Below, piece by piece: positions 1 to 8,200 of a DNA stretch of 64,000 bases. How positions within the stretch are numbered: position 1 is the stretch's first letter; each line of letters starts with the position of its first letter. The notes beneath the pieces are model-generated. The model was not told where the DNA came from. It saw only the letters and a program-made list of their open reading frames with translations, and did no database searches. Source of the DNA: an uncultured Anaerolineaceae bacterium (GTDB taxonomy: Bacteria; Chloroflexota; Anaerolineae; Anaerolineales; E44-bin32); assembly GCA_964475265.1 (NCBI GenBank), contig CAYYVY010000008.1, forward strand, positions 4,485 to 68,484, written 5' to 3'. The translations under genes were made by a program, and so were the position numbers.

Positions 1-146
1 ACGAGCTCGGCCAACGCCTCCGTGCGATGTGCGCCGGTCTCCACAGAAGGACGCATCTCATACAAAGTCACCTGCATGCCGCTTTCAGCCGCCTGCCAGG
101 CCGCCTCGCTTCCAGCCAACCCGCCACCAACGATGGTCAAATCCAT
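1..146 (-). CDS. trmFO: tRNA (uracil-5)-methyltransferase TrmFO, N-terminal fragment; the gene runs off the left edge
   Basis: Reverse-strand translation from the ATG (complement of 144-146) gives [49 protein letters not shown]. It has the [14 protein letters not shown]-binding motif and the LYEMRP..T.AH.T..AELV pattern typical of TrmFO/Gid. It is absent from the ORF track because no stop lies in the window. Confidence 0.8.
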   Translation of the reverse strand, partial: MDLTIVGGGLAGSEAAWQAAESGMQVTLYEMRPSVETGAHRTEALAEL

Positions 147-172
147 ACCTGGATTTTATCATGCAAGATTAG

Positions 173-188
173 TGGCACATAACTTGCA
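173..188 (+). promoter_or_regulatory. sigma-54 (-24/-12) promoter upstream of rpoN
   Basis: TGGCAC(173-178)-ATAAC-TTGCA(184-188) matches the TGGCAC-N5-TTGCA consensus exactly. It is intergenic and correctly oriented, about 55 nt upstream of the rpoN ATG at 243. Confidence 0.7.
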
Positions 189-242
189 ACATAATTGCGC
201 ACACGAAACGTCCGATGTATACTCTCACACCTGAGGCGACAT

Positions 243-1658
243 ATGTTTCAACTCCAAGATCAATCCCAACGCCCGCTCACGACTGCCCACCTGGCTCAAA
301 CCATGAGTCTTCTGCTTCTATCGAATCAGGAACTCAAGGATAAAGTGATCTCTGAACTTGCGGAGAATCCGGCCCTGGAACTGGTCGAGGAAAAAATATG
401 TCCGCAGTGTAAGAAACGCATCCAGCAACCCGGACCTTGTCCGGTGTGCAGCCGCAAGTCCGATGGTGACGAGACTATCGTTTTCTTATCACCTCGCGTG
501 TCCCAAAATTTAAATCGCAGCAGCAGTCGTCACGACGATTTTGAACCAATGGATCGAGAAATCGTAGCACCCGAGAGTCTGGCGACGTTCGTCCTTGAAC
601 AGTTGGCTGCGGATTTAGAGCCTGAGGATCGTAAGCTGGCGCTGTACGTTCTGGCCAGCCTCGACGACGATGGTTTCCTGCAGGATCCACCAGCCATTAT
701 AGCCCGCATGACACGTGCGCCGATTTCACAAGTGAACCGCGTCTTGGAGTTGATTTCGCGTGTCGATCCCCCAGGCTTAGCGACGAGTGGACCGCAGCAA
801 GCGCTTCAGGTGCAACTCGATTTGCTGCCAAACGGAGGATATAAACGCGAGATCGCGAAACGGTTGCTGGAGGAGCATTTCTCTGAACTTGGCCGCCGAG
901 AATTCGATAAAATCGCTTCTCAACTTAACATCAGCGTCAATCGCGTCCGTCAAGCAGCCGATTTCATCCACGACAATCTCAACCCGTATCCCGCACGATC
1001 ATCCTGGGGTTCGGGCAGACAGCCCCAACCAGGAAATCCCTTGGTCTATCATTCGCCCGATATCGCCATAACTCATAATACAGCCAATAACGACGACTCA
1101 CTCGTCGTCGAAATATTTGCACCCGTCTCGGGTTGGCTCCGGGTGAACCCCCTTTTCAAGAACTATAAGGAACAGCAAAGCGATGATCTTTCGGACGAAT
1201 GGAAAGAGCATATTGAGCGTGCCAGCCTGTTCGTGAAATGCCTGCAACAACGTAACAACACGGTTTGCCAGGTTATGGAAAATCTCGTCTCACAGCAGCG
1301 TGAATACATACTCAAAGGAGATCGTTATTTACGCCCGATGACGCGTGCGGAACTGGCGAAGAAGATCGGTGTTCACGAATCGACGATCTCACGCGCGGTG
1401 GCACAAAAAGCCGTCGCACTTCCGGATGGACGCATCCTTCCACTGTCCCGATTCTTCGACCGCAGTTTGTCAGTGCGGGACCGCATCAAAGAGATCGTCA
1501 AACAGGAGAAGCGTCCGCTCACAGACGACCAGATCGTCAAAATACTTCGCAAGGAAGGGATAAATATTGCCCGTCGTACGGTCGCAAAATACCGTTCGAT
1601 CGAGGGAATTTTGCCGGCTCGCCTGCGGCATCGCGACTCGAAGGGCAACCATAGATAG
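243..1658 (+). CDS. rpoN: RNA polymerase sigma-54 factor RpoN
   Basis: Region I is Leu/Gln-rich (MFQLQDQSQRPLTTAHLAQTMSLLLLSNQELKDKVISELAENPALE). The C-terminal HTH and RpoN box (ARRTVAKYRSIEGILPARLR) are present. I chose the ATG at 243 with GAGG at 233-236. The track TTG at 195 lies upstream of the predicted sigma-54 transcription start. Confidence 0.93.
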   Translation: MFQLQDQSQRPLTTAHLAQTMSLLLLSNQELKDKVISELAENPALELVEEKICPQCKKRIQQPGPCPVCSRKSDGDETIVFLSPRVSQNLNRSSSRHDDFEPMDREIVAPESLATFVLEQLAADLEPEDRKLALYVLASLDDDGFLQDPPAIIARMTRAPISQVNRVLELISRVDPPGLATSGPQQALQVQLDLLPNGGYKREIAKRLLEEHFSELGRREFDKIASQLNISVNRVRQAADFIHDNLNPYPARSSWGSGRQPQPGNPLVYHSPDIAITHNTANNDDSLVVEIFAPVSGWLRVNPLFKNYKEQQSDDLSDEWKEHIERASLFVKCLQQRNNTVCQVMENLVSQQREYILKGDRYLRPMTRAELAKKIGVHESTISRAVAQKAVALPDGRILPLSRFFDRSLSVRDRIKEIVKQEKRPLTDDQIVKILRKEGINIARRTVAKYRSIEGILPARLRHRDSKGNHR

Positions 1659-1667
1659 GTTTTTATC

Positions 1668-3650
1668 TTGCCAACGGATTCGTCACCCCTAAACCCCATT
1701 GCCCGATTTTTCAAGCCCGTCCCTTACCACGAATTCTTTCGAATCCTTGCAGATACTCTCGATGCGGCCGTTCTGGTGATTTCGGAAAACGGTTCTCGCA
1801 TCTATGCATGGAATCATGCTTTCCTGCTGCTCTCAGGCTTCGCCAGTACGGACTTGGATACACTGACGCCATCCGAGCTTTTCCCGGACGAAGCGGGAGA
1901 GAAAGCGCTCGGTCAATTGCTTGACAGCTGGGAACATCATGATGTTCAACTCGAAGACATACCGCTGCATACGCATGAAGGTGCCATCGAACTCGTTGAC
2001 ATCCAACCCTACCCCGTCAGTCCGTCGCGGTCGGCGCTGCTCTTAATACTGAACCATTCGAGCCGTCGGAGACGTGTTTCAGAACACCAACGCGCACAAG
2101 AGGGACGGCTGAAGTACTTCACGGACATCTCACGCATATTGCTCGAAGGTGGTCCTTCCGCATTCCCTGCGGCCTTAGAAATTGGAAGAGAAGCGCTCAA
2201 TGCTACCTCGATCAGTCTCTACCGCGTATCCGCGACCAGCCCCGGCTACGTGTTGGATAACGCACAGGGGCTTGAATTTCCTCGAACGCTGGCAGCGTCC
2301 GACTTGTCTCAGCTTCAAGCCAACGACACATGGACGATCGGGCAGCGTCCCGACCACCAGCTTCACAAAGCAGCTCGTGCTGCCGGATTGGTCGCATTAC
2401 ACTGCGCACTTCTCGGTACGCCAACGGCGTGGATCGGCATGCTCGTTGCCGGCTGGAAGGAACAGGAGGCGGTTCCACCCGACACGGCTTCCGTGATGTT
2501 GGTGATTTCGAATTTATGCCATGCCGCGATCCTGTCCGGCATACAGCGAGTCTCCCTCGCTGATGCAGAACAGAACATCAATCGCCTCGAAGCAGAAATA
2601 ACCAATTACTTCGAATCCCTGCAAGATACACTGATCACGCTCGACGAAAACCTTATTGTGCTGAAAGCCAATTCCGCAATCTATCGTTCCCTTGGCTATC
2701 AACCCGAAGAAATCGTCGGCTTACCCGTCCAGGATGTCCTCGTTGGACCGGAAGATATCTCCGCAACCCTGCTTGATGCCCTGGGGCACCAACGTCTTGC
2801 AGAACAATCTCGCGTTCAGCTTCACCGCCGTGATGGGACTCGATTGCCCTTCCATCTACGCGTCGTACCGTCGACGAGTGCCCTGCCATCCAGCTTATTC
2901 CTCATCCTCAAGGATCAATCTGAGCAGCAAGCCATTGAGGATCAGACCGAGACGCTTTCGCAGCGAGCGCTGCTTGGGGAATTGATGGCGATTTTCGCCC
3001 ATGAAGTACGCAACCCGATCAACAACATCAGCACCGGAGTCCAGCTGGTTGCTTCACGTCTCGGAGAGGATCACCCTTCGTACAAATCGCTCCAGCGGGT
3101 TCAGAAGGAATGTACCCGTCTGGACCAGTTGATGAGCGACATACTCTTCTTCTCGAGACCTCTCGAACTCAAGATTGAGCCGATTGATTTGAGCGAGTTG
3201 ATGAATCGCATTCTTGCGCGTTGGAGCCCCAGATTATCACAATCCGGCGTGTCCCATCACACAACGTTTGCCCAGGATGCACAGAATGCATTGGCGGATG
3301 CAAGAACGCTCGAACAGGTCATCGTCAATTTAATCGCCAATGCACTCGAAGCCATGACCGAAGGTGGGACGATTTCCATTGCCGTGTCGATGAATCAGTC
3401 TGTGCAAGGCGACATGGTCGAGCTTAAAATTGCAGACACCGGTCCTGGGATTCCCCCAGATGTAATCGACCGTATTTTTGATCCCTTCTTTACCACTAAA
3501 AAGGAGGGGACGGGATTGGGACTTGCCATCAGCCGCAGGATCGTGACTGCCCACAAAGGAAGCCTACACGTGGAAAGCTTCCCAAACGCGGGCACAGTCT
3601 TTACAATATCACTGCCAGCAGTAAAACCTTCCTCAGGAGATGATGCATGA
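1668..3650 (+). CDS. cytoplasmic PAS/GAF-like sensor histidine kinase (NtrB-like)
   Basis: No TM segment is visible. Two PAS-like blocks are present (AAVLVISENGSRIYAWNHAF; DTLITLDENLIVLKANSAIYRSLGYQPEEIVG). Kinase motifs are the H-box FAHEVRNPINNI, N-box NLIANALEAM and G-boxes DTGPGIP and GTGLGLAISRRIV. The gene starts 9 nt after the rpoN stop, and its own stop overlaps the next start (ATGA). Confidence 0.9.
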   Translation: MPTDSSPLNPIARFFKPVPYHEFFRILADTLDAAVLVISENGSRIYAWNHAFLLLSGFASTDLDTLTPSELFPDEAGEKALGQLLDSWEHHDVQLEDIPLHTHEGAIELVDIQPYPVSPSRSALLLILNHSSRRRRVSEHQRAQEGRLKYFTDISRILLEGGPSAFPAALEIGREALNATSISLYRVSATSPGYVLDNAQGLEFPRTLAASDLSQLQANDTWTIGQRPDHQLHKAARAAGLVALHCALLGTPTAWIGMLVAGWKEQEAVPPDTASVMLVISNLCHAAILSGIQRVSLADAEQNINRLEAEITNYFESLQDTLITLDENLIVLKANSAIYRSLGYQPEEIVGLPVQDVLVGPEDISATLLDALGHQRLAEQSRVQLHRRDGTRLPFHLRVVPSTSALPSSLFLILKDQSEQQAIEDQTETLSQRALLGELMAIFAHEVRNPINNISTGVQLVASRLGEDHPSYKSLQRVQKECTRLDQLMSDILFFSRPLELKIEPIDLSELMNRILARWSPRLSQSGVSHHTTFAQDAQNALADARTLEQVIVNLIANALEAMTEGGTISIAVSMNQSVQGDMVELKIADTGPGIPPDVIDRIFDPFFTTKKEGTGLGLAISRRIVTAHKGSLHVESFPNAGTVFTISLPAVKPSSGDDA

Positions 3651-4834
3651 GTGGGACGGTTCTAATTGTCGACGACGAAGACACCGCACGCTCGTTTGTT
3701 TCAGAAGCACTTGCGGATGCAGGGTACGAGGCGATTGAAGCCGGTGATTTAAAATCAGCGAACAAAGCCATCGACACGGGTTCCGCCGACATTGTACTGC
3801 TGGATGTCGTCTTGCCGGACGGTTCCGGCATTTCCCTCCTCGATCGCATCAGCATGGAAAACCCCTGCCCGCCGGTGATCTTGATCACTGCGTTCGGCGA
3901 GGTGGATACCGCCGTTGAAGCAATGAAAAAAGGAGCACAGGATTTTCTCCAAAAGCCCCTGGATTTGAACCGCTTGCTCCAGGCTGTCGAACGAGCGCAA
4001 GAAGTGGTTCTGTTACGCCGAGAACTCGATCTTTTACGGCGCTCGTCAGGCGAACAAGCCGAATGGGTGATCGGAGAGACGCCGGAGATGAAGCGCATCG
4101 TCAGCGAAGCGCAGCGCGCTGCAGCAGCTTCGGCCTCTGTATTGATCACCGGAGAGACCGGAACCGGCAAGGAAGTGCTGGCCCGAGCGATCTACAGCAT
4201 GAGTCCCCGTGCGGATAAGGCGTTTATTCCCATCAACTGCGCCGCGCTGCCAGACACGATGATCGAATCCGAACTGTTTGGGCACGAAGCGGGTGCATTC
4301 ACGGGCGCGCAAAAACGAAAGCCCGGACTGATCGAAATCGCCGACGGTGGCATTTTATTCCTGGATGAAATCTCGTCGACCAAGCCAGAGATGCAAGCGA
4401 AGTTGCTGCGCGTGCTGGACGAGCACCGTTTTCGCCGCGTCGGCGGAGTGACGGAAATCGATGTCGACATTCAAATTCTTGCCGCCTCCAACCGCGACCT
4501 GAAAGCTATGATCGAGGAAGGCACGTTCCGCGAGGATCTTTACTATCGCCTCAAGGTCGTCGATCTCCATCTTCCCCCGCTCAAGGATCGTATCGTCGAC
4601 ATCCCTGCCCTCGCCGGCACATTCATCCGCCAGATCAATCTGCGCACGGGGAACAACATTAGCGGGATCACCTCGCGCGCCATCGATGCGCTGAAAGCGC
4701 ATACCTGGCCTGGAAACATACGCGAACTCCGGCACGTCATCGAACGTGCAATGTTGTTCTGTGATGATGAGGAAATCGACCTCGGACATCTCCCTCCTGA
4801 CATTCAACTGCTGACCAAGAGCAAGAAGAAGTAA
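3647..4834 (+). CDS. sigma-54-dependent response regulator (REC + AAA+), lacking a C-terminal DNA-binding domain
   Basis: Receiver motifs are VLIVDDE and DIVLLDVVLPDGSG. AAA+ motifs are Walker A GETGTGKE, the GAFTGA loop (GHEAGAFTGA), Walker B LFLDEI and REDLYYRL. The protein is 395 aa and ends about 25 aa after GNIRELRHVIERA, with no Fis-type HTH. Confidence 0.9.
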   Translation: MSGTVLIVDDEDTARSFVSEALADAGYEAIEAGDLKSANKAIDTGSADIVLLDVVLPDGSGISLLDRISMENPCPPVILITAFGEVDTAVEAMKKGAQDFLQKPLDLNRLLQAVERAQEVVLLRRELDLLRRSSGEQAEWVIGETPEMKRIVSEAQRAAAASASVLITGETGTGKEVLARAIYSMSPRADKAFIPINCAALPDTMIESELFGHEAGAFTGAQKRKPGLIEIADGGILFLDEISSTKPEMQAKLLRVLDEHRFRRVGGVTEIDVDIQILAASNRDLKAMIEEGTFREDLYYRLKVVDLHLPPLKDRIVDIPALAGTFIRQINLRTGNNISGITSRAIDALKAHTWPGNIRELRHVIERAMLFCDDEEIDLGHLPPDIQLLTKSKKK

Positions 4835-4852
4835 ACACCCCCATATCAACAC

Positions 4853-4868
4853 TGGCACATTCCTTGCA
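4853..4868 (+). promoter_or_regulatory. sigma-54 (-24/-12) promoter upstream of the TPR / peptidase / ftsZ operon
   Basis: TGGCAC(4853-4858)-ATTCC-TTGCA(4864-4868) matches the consensus exactly. It is 18/20 identical to the element at 173-192. It lies in the 71-nt gap between the activator gene and the ATG at 4906, which has GGAGG at 4896-4900. Confidence 0.7.
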
Positions 4869-4905
4869 ACATTCACCTTCAGATTGCTAGATTCTGGAGG
4901 CGCAC

Positions 4906-5241
4906 ATGATTCCGCTTTCTTATACAGACCTGCAAATCATCATCGCAGCGGGAGTATTTCTGCTGGGCTGCTTGTCAGTCGTGATCGGCGTATTAATCCT
5001 ACTCTCGCGAAGCTATTCCAAAGAATTGCAAACGATTGCCGCTCATACCGCTCGCCTCGGTCAAAAGGGCATGAGTCACGAGATCAGCGGATTGGTACAG
5101 AGTGCTGCTGAACTGACGTCTTCGATCAACCAACTGGTCCGCACGGCAAACGGAATTGGCGTATTCCTGATCACGTTGGGTATGGCCATGATTGCGGCAT
5201 CCTATTGGTTGATTCAGCAAATTGAATGGAATCTGGGCTGA
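4906..5241 (+). CDS. small two-TM membrane protein, function unknown
   Basis: It has a good SD. Hydrophobic segments are IIIAAGVFLLGCLSVVIGVLILL and GIGVFLITLGMAMIAASYWLI, flanking a helical loop. It is the first gene after the sigma-54 promoter. Confidence 0.6.
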   Translation: MIPLSYTDLQIIIAAGVFLLGCLSVVIGVLILLSRSYSKELQTIAAHTARLGQKGMSHEISGLVQSAAELTSSINQLVRTANGIGVFLITLGMAMIAASYWLIQQIEWNLG

Positions 5242-8200
5242 GCGTAAAGCATATGAACTCTCCAATTTCAGATTCCGCAGTTCTCGATGCGCTGCGCACG
5301 CTGCTCGAACCCCAGGAGTTGTCGCAGAGCCTGGCAAATCTGCTTCGAGTGCCTGAGGCTTGGCGCCAGCTCCACGAGCCTGCATTTATCGAACGCCTCA
5401 TCCAATCAAACGCCTCCAAACCCATCACAGCATCCCTGATGACCCGCACTTTATTCGGTGGATCGAATCTGGAAAACGCAGCGGCTTCCTTACCAGAAGC
5501 TCTGGAATCCCGGTTGCAGGATTCGATGCAAGCGATCCTGCAGGGATTGGAAGTCGAAGCTGATTTCGAAACGATCGCACTGCTCGCCGTAGGTATAGGC
5601 CGTCATTGCAGTACCGAAAACGAATGCTCCGAAATTGCGGAAGCAGCGCGTCGACATCCACAACAATGGCGCTCAGCGCTGTGTTGCGCCTGGACGTGGA
5701 TGAAGAAACCGCAAAGATTGCTCGGTTTTCTGCTCGACGGAATGGCCGCTGAGGGTATTGCACTTGCTGTTAACATGCTCCTCGCAAACGTGTCCACGCA
5801 CGAGGCTGCCGCGATTATCAAAGAGATACTTCCAAACGCTTGGAAGCATACAACCGTCGTGCTTCGAGACCTCGGCGAGGTTTCGCTTGCAAATGCTATC
5901 GCCCGTTCAACACAAGAAAATATCCCACACACAGCTTCGCCGGATTGCGACCCTGAAGCCTTGTTGGCGGATGCGATTCGCAAACTCGCTCTGGGAGAAT
6001 ACGACGACGCTCGAAATCGCCTCGATCTCGCCTGGAAAGCGACAGCGAAGACTGCAGCTTCGATTGCAGATCACATCGCCGAATCGGCTTCGATCGAGGG
6101 AGATGGAGTTCTGGAGATCGAAGCCCGTAAACAAGCGCTTCGCTCTAGTTCTTCACCGAGGCGACGCGCCGATCTCGCTTTATCGTATGTCGATCAGGAT
6201 AAACCCGAAGAGGTTATATCCATTATCGATCAGGATCCGAAAAGCATCGAGGAACAAATCGCTCTTGGAATTTCCCTCGTACGGCTCGGTGATGATAATC
6301 GTGCGATAGCACACCTTCGGTCATCGGCGCAGCGCATTCACGCAGCGTTCGACGTGAGCGGACGCGGGCTGAAAGCATTGTCGCGTGGATTGCAGGATTG
6401 TGGAGATATCGAGGGTTCCCTGAAGATCGCAAGTATGATTGTAAACCGTTCTCCACATGAATACACGACGAGAGCTGAGTACATACGCAAGTTGAGTTCC
6501 TTTGGTGATCATGCGGCTGCTGCCGAAGAGGCCACGCTGCTGTTGGCAATGCACCCACAGTCCACTGAAGCTCGTCAGCTTCTGGCCGAAAACTTACAAA
6601 AAAGTGGCGCCGCGCTTGAAAGCATCCCCTACTGGGAAGAACTTGCACGCGAAGATCCTAATTACCTGTGGGATGTAGCGGAATGTGCGCTTCAAGCGAA
6701 TGAAACTTCCATCGCTGAAAAGACGGCAATTAACTTGTTGAAAAACGACCCCGACTCCGTGCGCGCCAACGTAGTCCTTGGAAAAGCACATGCCGCGCAG
6801 GGCAAACACCAATCCGCCCGCGAGCATTTCCAACGTGCGTTGGAGATAAAACCCGACTTTACGGATGCATGGATTGCCATGGCGGATACCGAGGAAGCGG
6901 CTGACAACCCGGACGCCGCCTCTGAGGTGATTGCGAAAGCCATCAAGCAATTGCCTGAAAATGCGTCAATTTATGCCGCGCAAGCAGCATTCAAAAACCG
7001 TCAGGGGCTGCTGGAAGAAAGCAAAGATTCCATTCAGAAGGCAGTTGAGCTGGATCCCGGCAACGTAGAGTGGCTGCTGCAATATGGCGAGATACTTACC
7101 GCCTCCGGTCAAGAAGATGCGGCATTGTCGACGCTCAAAGATGCGCATTCGATAGAACCATACAACTGGCGCGTTCGTACGGCGCTCGGAAATGTATATG
7201 AACACCGCAACGAGGATCAGCTCGCTGCCGACCTTCTCGGCCGTCTTCCGAGCGATGCGCCAGCCGAGGCGCACTATCTCGCCGGGCGCGTTATCGCCAA
7301 GTCCGGGGGAAATCTGGATGAGCATCTGGCGCCGAAGGCCGTAGAACATCTACAGATTGCACGTGACGCCGGAATCGCAGATCCCACGCTGGAGTTTTGG
7401 ATGGGGCGTGCGCAGGAACTCGCTGGCGAAAACGAGTTCGCATTCCAGAACTATCAGTCAAGTTTGAAATCTATCCAAGAAAATGATCGAGAAACGTATA
7501 AAGAAGCATTGATGGGAGTGGCGAGAACCGCGCTCGCTACAGCGCGCCTTCCAATCGCATTAACGACGCTTGAAACCGCACAAGAGAAATTCCCCACTGC
7601 GACGGACGTTCTTCTTCAACTGTCGCATGCCTACCTTACGGCCGCCATGCCTGAACAATCCCTGTATGTCGCCCAGCAGGCGGTTGAAATCGAACCTGGA
7701 AACCATGCCGCTCTGTACACGTTGCGGGACTCCGCAGTTGCCCTGAATCGTTGGGATCATGCAATGCAGGCGACAAAACGCATACTTGAAGATCGTCCCC
7801 ATAGTCAACCCGATTGGATGGATCTGGCACGCTTTTCACACCATGCTGACCGACGCGCTGAAGCCAGGAACGCGCTGAGTCAAGCGCTTGCGATCGATCG
7901 TCGGAATCCAAAATCGCTGTTATCCGCGGCGAAATTGCTTCTCGAATTCGACGAACCCGCCTACGCCCAAATTAATTTGAAACACGCGCTTGCTCGTTCG
8001 CCACAAGATAATGCTTTTTATTCGGAGATGGCGAAGACGAGTCGCCAACTCGGGGACTACGAAAGCGAACAGGAATCGTGGATGCGTTTGCTCAAACATG
8101 ATCCGCATAACCTCACCGCCCTCACCCAAGGAGCACAAGCACTGTGGAACCTGGATCGTCGTGCGTCGGCCATCGGACTTTGGCAGCGCGCCGTCGAAAT

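Noticed and set aside
22-234. Track ORF of 70 aa on the plus strand at the left edge.
   Set aside because: It lies antisense to the clear trmFO N-terminus (1-146) and then runs across the intergenic promoter region. Its composition is Cys/Ala/Pro-rich and non-protein-like.
195-242. TTG at 195 as the rpoN start (track ORF 195-1658).
   Set aside because: It lies only 7 nt after the -12 element, so it is upstream of the predicted sigma-54 start near 199. The ATG at 243 has a GAGG SD and yields a typical region I N-terminus (MFQLQDQ...).
7825-7840. Additional TGGCAC hexamers at 7825, 9427, 41607, 8733 and others, considered as further sigma-54 promoters.
   Set aside because: None has TTGC at the required 5-nt spacing, and all lie inside coding sequence. 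Only 173-188 and 4853-4868 satisfy the full -24/-12 pattern.
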